64,000 nt of DNA from an uncultured Pseudomonadales bacterium (GTDB taxonomy: Bacteria > Patescibacteriota > Microgenomatia > UBA1400 > MFAQ01). Positions 48,947-59,166 of the stretch are shown here, piece after piece (positions within the stretch are counted from its first letter, which is position 1; each line of letters starts with the position of its first letter). The notes under the pieces are model-generated. The model made no database searches, was not told where the DNA came from, and worked only from the letters and a program-made list of their open reading frames with translations. The position numbers were made by a program, and so were the translations under genes. The stretch is taken from NCBI GenBank assembly GCA_964487665.1, contig CAZARR010000003.1, positions 6,998-70,997 on the forward strand, read 5' to 3'.

Positions 48947-50164
48947 TTATGTTTTGCTGGGACTTTGATAGGCAGTTAGTTTGGCGGCGATTTCTTTTTT
49001 GGCCTTGGCAGTCAAATCCACGGCCTCAAGTAATTCGGGGTGATTAATGAGCTCATCAATACGTATTAATTTGGCTTTAATCAATTTTGCACGAGTTTTG
49101 TCGGGTAGACCGAGCTGATCTATCTCGTACTCTTCGTTGCCGGTAACCACAATGCCCGGATCGGTCTGGTTAGATTTGATACTGATGGTCAGTCCGGTTA
49201 GTTTGGCGGCCAAACGTACATTTTGGCCACCTCGGCCGATTGCCAAAGAGAGCTGGTCGTGAGGGGCGGTAATGATTGTGTCCCGCTTGTCTTTGATGGC
49301 GACCTCTAAGTTATCCGCCGGAGAAAGAGCAGCCTTGACGAATTCCTCGAGGTTCTCGCTGAAGGGGACAATGTCAATCTTTTCCCCGTTGAGTTCATTA
49401 ATAATGGCTTGAACCCGAACTCCTTTTTGACCAACGCACGATCCGACAGGATCAACCCCCTCTTGGTGAGAGAGGACGGCCACTTTGACGCGGCTACCGG
49501 CTTCGCGGGCGATGGCTTTGATCTCGACCACACCCGAACCCACCTCCGGTACTTCACGGGCGAATAAACCTTTTACCAAATCTGGGTGGGAGCGAGAGAC
49601 GATAATAGTTTCGCCGCGGGGTAACAGTTCTATCTTTTCAATGAGAAAGCTAAAGCGAGCATTCAGGCGGTAAAACTCACCTTTAACCTGCCCATCGGGA
49701 AGAAGAGTGGCTTGACCACGTCCAAGATCAATAATGATATTGGCATTGTCGTGGCGGAGGACCATTCCGGGAATGATCTGGCCTACTTTGTCACGATAAT
49801 CGCTAATTGTGGCGGCGCGTTCGGCTTCACGGATCTTTTGAAGAACAACCTGTTTGGCAGTTTGGGCGGCGATTCGGCCAAAACCGGGAGGGGTAATGTC
49901 AACGAGATCTTTGGGTTTGTCGCCCTGATGTCCCTTAAAAAGTTTAAATTCACCGGTGCCAGAATCGAGCTCTACAACTATGTCCAGTTCCGAGTCGGCG
50001 ACCTTTTGGGCTTCGTCGGGATAGTCTTTGGCAAAGGAGGCTGCTAGGGCGGCCTTGATCGAGTCAATAACTATCTGCGGGGAAATACCCCGCTCGTTGC
50101 AAATTTGATTGATTGCGGCTGCGAATTCGGTGCGAGCGGTTAGTTGGTTGTCGTTAATACTCAT
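48947..50164 (-). CDS. nusA: Transcription factor NusA
   Basis: FGRIAAQTAKQV, AREAGSR, DPVGSCVG, SLAIGRGGQNVRLA. Confidence 0.96.
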   Translation of the reverse strand: MSINDNQLTARTEFAAAINQICNERGISPQIVIDSIKAALAASFAKDYPDEAQKVADSELDIVVELDSGTGEFKLFKGHQGDKPKDLVDITPPGFGRIAAQTAKQVVLQKIREAERAATISDYRDKVGQIIPGMVLRHDNANIIIDLGRGQATLLPDGQVKGEFYRLNARFSFLIEKIELLPRGETIIVSRSHPDLVKGLFAREVPEVGSGVVEIKAIAREAGSRVKVAVLSHQEGVDPVGSCVGQKGVRVQAIINELNGEKIDIVPFSENLEEFVKAALSPADNLEVAIKDKRDTIITAPHDQLSLAIGRGGQNVRLAAKLTGLTISIKSNQTDPGIVVTGNEEYEIDQLGLPDKTRAKLIKAKLIRIDELINHPELLEAVDLTAKAKKEIAAKLTAYQSPSKT

Positions 50165-50199
50165 ATTGATATTTTATAAACTAATAAATTAAGGCAAAT

Positions 50200-50219
50200 A
50201 AAAAGGTGGCCTAGCCACC
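50200..50219 (-). terminator. Intrinsic terminator GGTGGC-TAG-GCCACC-TTTTT between dnaJ and nusA
   Basis: Perfect 6-bp GC stem followed by a T tract on the minus strand. Confidence 0.7.
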
Positions 50220-50245
50220 CTATTCACTCTTAACTCCCAGCTTGA

Positions 50246-50254
50246 ATTATAACA
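50246..50254 (-). promoter_or_regulatory. Extended -10 promoter TGTTATAAT for nusA-infB
   Basis: Exact TGnTATAAT consensus just after the dnaJ stop. Confidence 0.65.
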
Positions 50255-50264
50255 CTTTGGCGGA

Positions 50265-51125
50265 TTAATTTTGATCGAATTGTTCCAACAATTGCTTTTG
50301 GCGGTTGGAAATACGAGTGGGTAGTTTGATGATTAGGCGGATGTAGAAATCTCCGCGCCGGTGTGAGTGGACATCTTTGGCACCAACACCAGAAAGCCTG
50401 ATAACGGTACCCGGCTGGGTTCCTGGGCGAACCTTAATTTTCAAATCATCTTTATCGAGCGTTCTGACTCGAATATCTGTTCCCAGTATGGCCAAGCTAA
50501 AGGGTAGTTCGTAATCTACGTAGATATCATTTCCGTCTCGTTTAAAATAGGGGTCCGGTAAGACATCAACGCTTACATCGAATTGGTCATAACGGATGCG
50601 GGTGCCATTGTCAGACCCTGCCGGGATTTTGATGGTGTGTTGACGGCCCTGGTGGACAATTGTCCGGGAAACCCCGCGAATAGCGTCAAGAAAATCGATT
50701 TTTAGACTATAGTGGGGTTTGGCCGGGCGGCCTCCCATTCGGCCACCAAAAAAACTTTCAAAAATTTCGAAAGGGTCTGAGAATCCACCGAACATGTCGG
50801 CAAAATCCCCTGGGGAGCCGGTAGAGGTGTAATAAGTGTAGTTGAATGGTCCAGTCCGACCAGGAGCTCCTGAGCTGGCAAATGGTCCACCGCTGGCGGG
50901 GTCAAAGGCTGCGTGGCCAAATTGGTCGTAAGCCTGTTTTTTATCGGGATTTGAAAGAACCTCGTAGGCTTCGTTGATTTCCTTAAACTTATCCTCAGCA
51001 TCGGGGGCTTTGTTGCGGTCAGGGTGAAACTGCAAGGCCATCTTGCGGTAAGCCGACTTGATTTCGGTAGCCGAAGAGTTCTTGGTGACACCCAAAATAT
51101 CATAATAATCCCGCTTGGTGGACAT
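50265..51125 (-). CDS. dnaJ: DnaJ-family co-chaperone without Zn finger (class B)
   Basis: J domain with HPD, G/F region, C-terminal domain; no CxxCxGxG repeats. Confidence 0.9.
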   Translation of the reverse strand: MSTKRDYYDILGVTKNSSATEIKSAYRKMALQFHPDRNKAPDAEDKFKEINEAYEVLSNPDKKQAYDQFGHAAFDPASGGPFASSGAPGRTGPFNYTYYTSTGSPGDFADMFGGFSDPFEIFESFFGGRMGGRPAKPHYSLKIDFLDAIRGVSRTIVHQGRQHTIKIPAGSDNGTRIRYDQFDVSVDVLPDPYFKRDGNDIYVDYELPFSLAILGTDIRVRTLDKDDLKIKVRPGTQPGTVIRLSGVGAKDVHSHRRGDFYIRLIIKLPTRISNRQKQLLEQFDQN

Positions 51126-53056
51126 TACTCAACCACCGTGCCTTCCTCGACAGTACCGGCGTCTTTCTCAGACTTCTTGTCTTTGCTGGAGGCGTCCTTT
51201 TGCTGATCTTCTTTTGGGGTTGCTTGTTCGTCTGCAGCTGGGGTGGTGGGTTGAGCAGCCTTGTAAAGAGCCTCGGAGTGTTTTTGGGCAATATCTATTG
51301 CCTTTTTCATCTTGGTATCGATTGAGTCGAGGGTGGCGCTATCTTTTTTAGTTTCGTCTTCGAGCTCGGTGAGGGCTTTTTCTATTTCGTCTTTGGCTCC
51401 ACTGTCAAACTTATCACCAGCGTCCTTGATCGTTTTGCGGGTTGAACCGATAAAAGCATCTGCTTCATTACGTTTGTCAACGAATGCTTTGCGTTTTTCA
51501 TCAGCTTCTTTGTTGGCCTCTGCCTCTTTGCGCAATCGCTCGACCTCATCTTCGCTCAAATTGGTGGCATTCTTTATGGTAATTTTTTGGACTTTATCGG
51601 TAGCCTTGTCTTTGGCCGAAACGTTAAGGATGCCGTTTGAGTCAATATCAAAAGTGACTTCAATTTGAGGTACACCACGGGATGCTGGGGGAATCCCATC
51701 GAGAATAAAACGTCCGAGCGACTTGTTGTCTGTGGCCATGGGACGCTCGCCCTGGAGAACGTTGATTTCCACCTGGGGCTGGTTGTCCGAGGCCGTGGAA
51801 AACACCTGAGATTTGTTGGTGGGAATTGTAGTGTTGCGCTCTATCAAAGGAGTCATCACACCGCCGAGGGTTTCTAACCCCAAAGTCAGGGGGGTGACAT
51901 CCAACAAAAGGACATCTTTAACATCTCCGGCTAAGACTCCACCTTGAATGGCGGCTCCTAAGGCGACAACTTCGTCAGGATTGATACCCTTGTGGGGCTC
52001 TTTGCCAAAAAATTCTTTGACCACAGATGAGACCATGGGCATTCTGGTCATTCCACCAACCAAGACAACCTCATCGATCTTGGTGACGTCAATTTTGGCA
52101 TCCTTAAGAGCCTGTTTGACTGGATCAAGTGTTTTTTGAACCAAATCTTTGACAAGGTCTTCTAGCTTGGCTCGAGTAAGTTTCAGGTTTAGGTGCAGAG
52201 GCTGCCCGTCACTTCCCTGAGAGATAAAGGGTTGGTTAATCTCAGTTTCGGTGGCACTAGAAAGCTCAATCTTGGCTTTTTCAGCAGCGTCTTTGATGCG
52301 TTGAAGAGCCTGCTTGTCTTTGCCTAGGTCGATACCATTTTCTTTTTTAAACTCCGCAAGGATATACTCGATGATTCTTTCGTCGAAGTCATCACCTCCC
52401 AGAAAGGTGTCGCCATTGGTGGATTTGACCTCGAAAAGACCATCGCCAAGTTCGAGGATCGAGATATCAAAGGTGCCACCACCCAGATCATAAACGGCGA
52501 TAGTTTCGCTTTTGCCTTTGTCCAAACCATAAGCTAGGGCAGCGGCTGTTGGTTCGTTGATAATACGCTTGACTTCGAGCCCGGCAATTTGGCCCGCTTG
52601 TTTGGTCGCTTGGCGTTGTGAATCGTCGAAATAGGCCGGAACGGTAATAACTGCTTCCGTCACGGTCTGGCCTAAATAACTTTCGGCGTCTGTCTTGGCT
52701 TTTTGAAGTATTTTGGCGCTAATTTCCTGGGGAGTATAGGTTTTGTCCCCGATTTTGACTGCGGCAGATTGGTCAGAACTTTTAACGATATTATAGGGAA
52801 CAAGTTTTTTAGTTTTTTCAACTTGCGGATCATCGAATCGTCGACCCATGAGACGCTTGACGGAATAGATGGAGGTTTCGGGGTTTAAAATCATTTGCCG
52901 CTTGGCCACGTCCCCAACTAGATTTTTTAGGGGGGAAACAATCGAAGGAAAGGTGTTTCTTCCTTCAGCGGTGGGGATAATTTTGGCAGTGCCACCTTCC
53001 ATGACGGCAACTGCGCTGTTAGTGGTTCCTAGATCGATACCGATGATTTTTGTCAT
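51125..53056 (-). CDS. dnaK: Chaperone DnaK
   Basis: [23 protein letters not shown]. Confidence 0.98.
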   Translation of the reverse strand: MTKIIGIDLGTTNSAVAVMEGGTAKIIPTAEGRNTFPSIVSPLKNLVGDVAKRQMILNPETSIYSVKRLMGRRFDDPQVEKTKKLVPYNIVKSSDQSAAVKIGDKTYTPQEISAKILQKAKTDAESYLGQTVTEAVITVPAYFDDSQRQATKQAGQIAGLEVKRIINEPTAAALAYGLDKGKSETIAVYDLGGGTFDISILELGDGLFEVKSTNGDTFLGGDDFDERIIEYILAEFKKENGIDLGKDKQALQRIKDAAEKAKIELSSATETEINQPFISQGSDGQPLHLNLKLTRAKLEDLVKDLVQKTLDPVKQALKDAKIDVTKIDEVVLVGGMTRMPMVSSVVKEFFGKEPHKGINPDEVVALGAAIQGGVLAGDVKDVLLLDVTPLTLGLETLGGVMTPLIERNTTIPTNKSQVFSTASDNQPQVEINVLQGERPMATDNKSLGRFILDGIPPASRGVPQIEVTFDIDSNGILNVSAKDKATDKVQKITIKNATNLSEDEVERLRKEAEANKEADEKRKAFVDKRNEADAFIGSTRKTIKDAGDKFDSGAKDEIEKALTELEDETKKDSATLDSIDTKMKKAIDIAQKHSEALYKAAQPTTPAADEQATPKEDQQKDASSKDKKSEKDAGTVEEGTVVE

Positions 53057-53080
53057 ATTGTTTGATTAAAAAATAATAAT

Positions 53081-53518
53081 TTAATTGGTAGCGCCAGCGA
53101 TTTTTCCCCGACCAACTTTGACACCGGCGGGGCGGATAAGTTTACCGTTGTGGTAACGGTAACCTCGCGAGATGGTTTCGATGACTTTGTTTTTTGGCCC
53201 GTCAACTGTTTCGAGACATTCCATGGAGCTTGGATCAAAATCCGAGTTAGTTGGCTCGAAGATTACAATGCCCTCTTCACTGAGCATTTTTTCGATACCA
53301 ACAATGATCTGATTGAGGCCTTGGTCGTGAAGATGTGTCTGGGCTCGGATGAGGTCATCAACCACCGGGAGCAGTTTCTCGATGAGGACCTCGTTGGCAA
53401 AGCGGATGATGTTGATTCTATCTACCTCGAACCGTTTTTGTAAATTTTGATAGTCCGCCAGGGCGCGTTTGTACTTTTCTTCATATTGGTCGGTATGGGA
53501 GTGTGGTTTGGTGGTCAT
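53081..53518 (-). CDS. grpE: Nucleotide exchange factor GrpE
   Basis: RALADYQNLQKR, LLPVVD, FDP, GY...LIRPA.V. Confidence 0.93.
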   Translation of the reverse strand: MTTKPHSHTDQYEEKYKRALADYQNLQKRFEVDRINIIRFANEVLIEKLLPVVDDLIRAQTHLHDQGLNQIIVGIEKMLSEEGIVIFEPTNSDFDPSSMECLETVDGPKNKVIETISRGYRYHNGKLIRPAGVKVGRGKIAGATN

Positions 53519-53524
53519 GAATGA

Positions 53525-54247
53525 TTATTCGGAGGCTATTTGATTAACTAAGTTGGCAATATAGCGAAGCATGGGTATATTGTGATTGTATGTCTGCCGA
53601 GAGGGAGCAATCAGACCTAATCGGCCGCGTTTATCACCCACTTGAATATCCGCGTACAGACAACTGACATCCGCCAAATTATCGTAACCCAATTCTGCAC
53701 CCACTAAAAGATGGATAGGGTCGTTGCCGAAACCACGGTTGAACATTTCCCAGATAGAGCCATAGTGGTCAATAATCATAAATACTTGACGAGTGGCTTG
53801 CAGGTTTAAAAATTCCTGAAACTCAAGCAAATAAGGGTAGCCGTGGTGGTATAGGTGTGAGTCTTCAAGAACAGCAATGGATAACGATCTGGTTCTATCA
53901 GCCAGTATTCTGGTGGCTTCCTGAAGTAAACTTTCAGAGTCGCGGCGGTTTTCCCAAACTTTTTCTTTGACGACGATCTCCTCGGCTACGGACAGGCCCC
54001 GTTCTTGCATTAATTCGTTGACATAGAGCTTGATAGCCATAGGAGTGGGGACACGGCCGGCTGAAGAATGGGGCTGTCGAAGGTAGCCTTTGGATTCCAA
54101 ATCGGCCATTTCGTTTCGCAGTGTAGCGGGCGAAACTCCCAGGCGATATTTTTGCTCGAGGGTGACACTGCCGACGGGGTCAGCAGTGGCTGTATATTCG
54201 TCAACGATGGCCTTTATGATGGCGATTTGGCGCGAGGTTAAATCCAT
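53525..54247 (-). CDS. hrcA: Heat-inducible repressor HrcA, short form
   Basis: PVGS, VSPATLRNEMADLE..GYL.QPHSSAGRVPT. Confidence 0.92.
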   Translation of the reverse strand: MDLTSRQIAIIKAIVDEYTATADPVGSVTLEQKYRLGVSPATLRNEMADLESKGYLRQPHSSAGRVPTPMAIKLYVNELMQERGLSVAEEIVVKEKVWENRRDSESLLQEATRILADRTRSLSIAVLEDSHLYHHGYPYLLEFQEFLNLQATRQVFMIIDHYGSIWEMFNRGFGNDPIHLLVGAELGYDNLADVSCLYADIQVGDKRGRLGLIAPSRQTYNHNIPMLRYIANLVNQIASE

Positions 54248-54249
54248 AA

Positions 54250-54287
54250 TTAGCAGAAGGATAGCACGAGTGATAAATTGGTGTCAA
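54250..54287 (-). promoter_or_regulatory. hrcA operon promoter (TTGACA-N18-TATCCT) overlapped by a CIRCE-like operator TTATCACTC-N9-TTCTGCTAA (54250-54276)
   Basis: Against the CIRCE consensus TTAGCACTC-N9-GAGTGCTAA the arms match 8/9 and 6/9 with an exact 9-nt spacer. Confidence 0.75.
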
Positions 54288-54315
54288 GCAGCCGAAAGTT
54301 GGGTATGATGGAAGT

Positions 54316-55698
54316 ATGAAACCAAAGAGTTGGGGGGTTTGGCTACCACTCGTGTTGGGAAGCGTGATAATAGTGTTACTGGGAGTGATAATTCCTCGCA
54401 GGGTAAGATATTCTTCCCGCGCTCGGGACGTGGCAGCAAATCTGACCATTGATCTTTCGGGGCATCTTGGCAAACAACCTAAACTGTGGGCTGATTTGGC
54501 TCAGGGGGGAGAAGAAAACAAACCAATGTTGGGTCCGGCCATTGACAAAATAAGCGATTTGTCGCCCGGATATATTCGACTTGATCATATCTATGACTTT
54601 TTTAATGTGGTTAAGGTTGAGGGAGGCCAGGTTCAATTTAACTGGAGCGGGTTGGACCGAGCAGTTGGTGAGATAACAATGACGGGAGCTAAGCCTATGC
54701 TGGTGTTGTCATATATGCCACTATCGATATCTTCCGGCTCGATTACCGATCCTCCAAGAAATTGGAGTGATTGGCAAAATCTCGTTCGAGCGACCATAGA
54801 GCATTATAGTGGTCGGGGGAACAAGGCTATAGGGGGGGTAATTTACGAGGTTTGGAACGAACCGGATCTGTTTGGCAGCTTCAAAACTTATGGACCGAGG
54901 AATTATCTGACGATGTACCAATATGCGGCTCAGGGGGCGATGCAGGCACGTGACGTGTTGCACTTTGAAATTGGTGGGCCAGCGATAACTAACTATTATG
55001 CAAACTGGATCGAAAGGTTGATTAATTACGCTGATGAGAATAAATTACGTCTAGATTTTGTTAGTTGGCATCGATATTCATTGGACGTAGATAGTTTTGC
55101 CATAGATATAGACAAGGCGAGACAGTTGGCAGAGAGAATTCCGGCTCTGGTTAATTTAAAGTTCTATTTGACTGAGTGGGGACACAATAGCGCTAACGAT
55201 AGCGGTTATGACACTACTTTTGGAGCTATTCATAACATGGCGGTATATCAGTCGATTGTTGGTAAGGTCGATCGGGCTTTTTCATTCGAAATAAAAGATG
55301 GTCCTGGAAGCTCAAAGTACTGGGGCAGGTGGGGAATGTTGACACACGAAAATTTTGGGGTGGATGAAAAGCCGCGGTATAAGGCACTTAGATTTTTAAA
55401 TAATCTGTATCAATTCCGACTAGGGGCTGTTGGTCAGGGAACTTTTGTGCGGGCTCTGGCTACGACAAATGAAGCCGGGGATGTCAGATTACTTTTGACT
55501 AATTTTGACACAGAAGGGAGACACTTTGAGTCCGTGCCCATTTTGTTTGACAATTTGCCCAAGAGGGAATTTAGCTACAAGCGAATAGATTTTTTGGGGG
55601 GGAGTAATACTGTTAGAGTGGCTACATCCGAGGCGGTTTTTGCGTCTAGAGAGGGGATTGGACCAAATAGTGCAGCAATAATCGAGCTGGATTTTTAG
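54316..55698 (+). CDS. Exported/membrane-anchored GH39-like (clan GH-A) glycoside hydrolase
   Basis: N-terminal TM; YEVWNEPD acid/base motif, IGGP, DFVSWH.Y, LTEW nucleophile. Confidence 0.8.
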   Translation: MKPKSWGVWLPLVLGSVIIVLLGVIIPRRVRYSSRARDVAANLTIDLSGHLGKQPKLWADLAQGGEENKPMLGPAIDKISDLSPGYIRLDHIYDFFNVVKVEGGQVQFNWSGLDRAVGEITMTGAKPMLVLSYMPLSISSGSITDPPRNWSDWQNLVRATIEHYSGRGNKAIGGVIYEVWNEPDLFGSFKTYGPRNYLTMYQYAAQGAMQARDVLHFEIGGPAITNYYANWIERLINYADENKLRLDFVSWHRYSLDVDSFAIDIDKARQLAERIPALVNLKFYLTEWGHNSANDSGYDTTFGAIHNMAVYQSIVGKVDRAFSFEIKDGPGSSKYWGRWGMLTHENFGVDEKPRYKALRFLNNLYQFRLGAVGQGTFVRALATTNEAGDVRLLLTNFDTEGRHFESVPILFDNLPKREFSYKRIDFLGGSNTVRVATSEAVFASREGIGPNSAAIIELDF

Positions 55699-55701
55699 AT
55701 T

Positions 55702-57480
55702 TCAATTCAGCTTCAAAATCGACAGGAATGTCTGAGGCGGAAGACTGACCTTGCCAAATTGTCGCATCCTTTGTTTACCTCGCTTTTGTTTCTCGAGCAG
55801 TTTCATTCGTCTGGTGCGATCCCCTCCATGCAGTTTGGCTGTGACGTCTTTGCGAAATGCTTTGATAGTGCGTCGGGCAATAATCTGATGATTAGCTGTT
55901 ACTTGTACGGCTACTTCAATTTGCTGCCGTGGTATGGATTGGGCCAATTTGTCTGCTAGTAGACGGGCTTTGGATTGGCTTTGGTCGGAACTTATGAGGA
56001 TCGATAGCGGAGTCACCTCGACGCCATTTAATAGTACGGTAAGTTTGGTTAGGTTCACTTCGCGCCAACTGTCGATTTGATAATCGACAGAAGCGTAACC
56101 AGAAGTAGATGATTTGAGGTTATCGTGAAGAGCGGTGATGACTTCGAGCAAAGGCATGGAATAAACGACGTTTGCCAGTTGATCGAGATAGCTAACATCG
56201 ATGAGGTCACCGCGAAGGTGTTCGCAAACAGAAAAGATGTCCCCGAGATAGCTACTCGGGGCAATAATGGTGGTTTTGGCCATTGGCTCGTAGATGGTAC
56301 CAATGTGAGAGGCGGGGTCAAAGTCAGCGGGGTTGGCGATAAATCGTTCCTCGCCATTAGAAGAGATCACTTTGTATTCAACTGAGGGAGAGGTGGTAAT
56401 GATATCAAGATGAAACTCCTGCTGTAATCTTTCGGAGGTTACTTCAGCGTGGAGCAGCCCAAGGAACCCAACCCGCAAACCCTGGCCCAGAGCAGGTGAA
56501 CTGATGGGGCGGATTTCTAGGGAACTATCGCTCAGACGTAATTTCCCCATCGCGTCACTTAGTTCCTTGTACAAGCCATTAACTAAAAAGATATCAAGAA
56601 ATAGGTTGGGGTGGACGCGACGATAACCTGGGAGGGAAGCCAAGTTATTTGGTTGGGGGTAATGGCAGATGGTGTCTCCTACGCCTACCTCGCGAATATC
56701 TTTGAAATTGGTGACGATGTAACCAACCTCACCCGAGGACAAGCTGTCTTTTGGCTCTCGGTTGGGGGTAAAAACCCCAAACTCAGTCGGGCGGAATCGA
56801 CGATGACTCGACATAAAAGTCAGTTCCTGATTGGGCAACAGAGTGCCTTCGCAGATTTTGACAAAGGCAATCACTCCTAAATGTTGATCAAAGGTGGAGT
56901 TGAAGACAAAAGCGCGAAATGGCTTACCAAGGTTAATAGCACTAGGACGAATAGAGTCTATAACTCGTTTTATAAGCTCTCCAATACCTTGACCGGTTTT
57001 GGCGCTGATTTGCAATGGGGCTAATGCCGGGAGCAACAACTTTGTTTGATTAATAACTGCTGGTACGTCGGCTAGAACGGCGTCAATCTTGTTGATGGCA
57101 GGGACAATGTCTAGGTTGAGATTTTGAGCTAAACGTAGATTAGCCACGGTCTGCGCTTGGACTCCCTTGGTGGCGTCGATGAGTAATATTGCACCTTCAC
57201 AAGCCTGAAGCGCACGCTCAACTTCGTAGTTAAAGTCGACGTGGCCGGGAGTATCGATGAGATTTAAAAGATACTGGTTGTCGGCAAGCCGATAGTGCAT
57301 GGAGACAGGAGCCATTTTGATGGTTATTCCGCGTGAGCGTTCGATGGGATTGCTATCAAGCAATTGATCATGCATTAACCGAGCATCGATGGTATTGGTT
57401 GCTTCGAGGAGGCGATCGGCTAGGGTGGATTTTCCAGCGTCGATGTGGGCAATAATGGCAAAGTTACGGATGTTGATCAC
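55702..57480 (-). CDS. lepA: Elongation factor 4 (LepA)
   Basis: [41 protein letters not shown]. Confidence 0.96.
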   Translation of the reverse strand: MINIRNFAIIAHIDAGKSTLADRLLEATNTIDARLMHDQLLDSNPIERSRGITIKMAPVSMHYRLADNQYLLNLIDTPGHVDFNYEVERALQACEGAILLIDATKGVQAQTVANLRLAQNLNLDIVPAINKIDAVLADVPAVINQTKLLLPALAPLQISAKTGQGIGELIKRVIDSIRPSAINLGKPFRAFVFNSTFDQHLGVIAFVKICEGTLLPNQELTFMSSHRRFRPTEFGVFTPNREPKDSLSSGEVGYIVTNFKDIREVGVGDTICHYPQPNNLASLPGYRRVHPNLFLDIFLVNGLYKELSDAMGKLRLSDSSLEIRPISSPALGQGLRVGFLGLLHAEVTSERLQQEFHLDIITTSPSVEYKVISSNGEERFIANPADFDPASHIGTIYEPMAKTTIIAPSSYLGDIFSVCEHLRGDLIDVSYLDQLANVVYSMPLLEVITALHDNLKSSTSGYASVDYQIDSWREVNLTKLTVLLNGVEVTPLSILISSDQSQSKARLLADKLAQSIPRQQIEVAVQVTANHQIIARRTIKAFRKDVTAKLHGGDRTRRMKLLEKQKRGKQRMRQFGKVSLPPQTFLSILKLN

Positions 57481-59127
57481 TTAGTTTTGGGTTTGGGTAT
57501 CAATGACATCGCTGCTTGAGGATAGAATTTGGCGCCAGTTGCCCAGACGTTTTATTAGAGCCAAAGCATCGCGTAATTCTTCAATTTTGAAAATAAAACA
57601 AACCAGTACATATACCCCAACGCCAATGATGCTGACAATGGTAGTAAGGAGGATAAGAGGTAGGGTGTGGGTAGTGTCAAAAACAAAACGGTCAAGCAGA
57701 CGCATGGGAATCCATAGACAAATTCCGGTGGTAAGGCCAGCGGCCAGGTATTTTAAAAGCCGTTTTTCCAAGACTAGCGAGCCGGTTTTTTTGAGAATGA
57801 AATAGTAAAGGAGTAAAAAATCAATCGAGTTCGAAATAGTTAAAGCAAGACTAAGGCCTGGTAACCCAAGATGGAGAATAGTAACCAAAACGAACCCAAG
57901 TAAAGTAAATAGGGTGATGGTGATGAGGCTGATTAGTAGGGGGGTTTTGGTATCTTTGTGGGCGTAAAAGGCACGGACTAGAATGTGAGTAGTCGCCTGG
58001 GGGGCAATCGAAAGAGAAAGTAGAGCAAGCGTTTTGCCAGTCAAAAGGGTTGCCTCCCAAGGAAAGTTGTCGGCGCCGAAGGAGAGCCGGACCAAAGGAA
58101 TACGAAGAATTAGAACTAAAACCGAGGCAGGAATGGCAAAGAATAGGGTTTGTAACAACGATTTGCGAAGGGTTTGACGAAAAGCCTGTTGGTCAGAAAG
58201 AGCGGCCTCTTTTGACAAACTGGGAAAAGAGGCCTGGCCGAGAGCAACCCCAAAAAGACTTATCGGTAGTAAGTACAGCTGTCGGGCAAAGGTAAACATT
58301 GCCAGAGAACCACTAACCAAGAGGGAGCTAAGGTTGGTGGCAATAAAACGTTCGAATTGAGCGACTCCCAAGGCAGCGCTTCGCGCAGGCATCAAACGAA
58401 ACATGCTAACTACACCACGGTGTCGGAACGAAAATGACAATTTGGGAGTAAAACCCAAAGAGACGGCTGTGGGCAATTGAATGAGAAAATGCAGGATTGA
58501 ACCAATGACCATGCCAATGGCTGCAGAGTAGATACCAAAACGTGATGAGAGAGTAATGATACCAATGATGGTGCCCAGGTTATATAGAACCGGAGCCAAA
58601 GCTGGCAGCAAAAAACGGCGGTGGGCCTGAAGAACGCCGGTAAGAAAAGCGGAGATAGTAAAAAAGATTTGGGAAATGGCCATTATTCTCATCAGATCGG
58701 CTAACAAAAGGGTCTGTTGCACTCCGAAGTGGGTAATAAGTTGGGCCAGTGGTACTGCAAAAATAATTACCAATAGGGTAAAGAGAGCAAGAAGTAAGCC
58801 AAGCATGGTCATGGCGGTATTGGTTAGGTGGTTAGCCTCTTTTTCAGAAACTTTGAGGTAGTCCTGATAGATTGGCATAAAGGCCGCGGATAGAGAACCG
58901 ACAATTAGCAGCTGAAAAATGCCATCAGGAATAACCGAGGCGGCAAAATAGACATCAAGAGAACCTTCGTTGCCACCGAAGAACTGACCGGCCAGCAGGC
59001 GGTTGCGAATTACACCGAGTAGGGCCGAAAGTAGATAAGAGATGGCAATAATTGCGGCTGCCGAGAGAATATTTTTGTTTTCGCCATTTAATAGATGGCG
59101 CGAACGTTTGAGTATCGATTGGACCAT
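57481..59127 (-). CDS. murJ: Lipid II flippase MurJ (MviN)
   Basis: LLGVIRNR, AAFMP.Y, PALAPVLYN, LPISLFG, RAFYA.KDTKTP; multi-TM. Confidence 0.92.
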   Translation of the reverse strand: MVQSILKRSRHLLNGENKNILSAAAIIAISYLLSALLGVIRNRLLAGQFFGGNEGSLDVYFAASVIPDGIFQLLIVGSLSAAFMPIYQDYLKVSEKEANHLTNTAMTMLGLLLALFTLLVIIFAVPLAQLITHFGVQQTLLLADLMRIMAISQIFFTISAFLTGVLQAHRRFLLPALAPVLYNLGTIIGIITLSSRFGIYSAAIGMVIGSILHFLIQLPTAVSLGFTPKLSFSFRHRGVVSMFRLMPARSAALGVAQFERFIATNLSSLLVSGSLAMFTFARQLYLLPISLFGVALGQASFPSLSKEAALSDQQAFRQTLRKSLLQTLFFAIPASVLVLILRIPLVRLSFGADNFPWEATLLTGKTLALLSLSIAPQATTHILVRAFYAHKDTKTPLLISLITITLFTLLGFVLVTILHLGLPGLSLALTISNSIDFLLLYYFILKKTGSLVLEKRLLKYLAAGLTTGICLWIPMRLLDRFVFDTTHTLPLILLTTIVSIIGVGVYVLVCFIFKIEELRDALALIKRLGNWRQILSSSSDVIDTQTQN

Positions 59128-59166
59128 AGACTGGTTGATTATAAAGTGAAATGCTATAGTTTAAAT

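Noticed and set aside
10453-52139. Many 60-165 aa plus-strand ORFs antisense to secY, ribosomal genes, fusA, rpoBC, ftsK, pnp and dnaK
   Set aside because: They lie opposite well-conserved genes, are S/I/T/P-rich as expected for shadow frames, and show no motifs or start signals
59095-59166. Upstream extensions of track ORFs (also aspS, cca, secF, rpsH, rpsL)
   Set aside because: They overlap neighbouring genes or promoters; downstream ATGs fit homology and promoter spacing better
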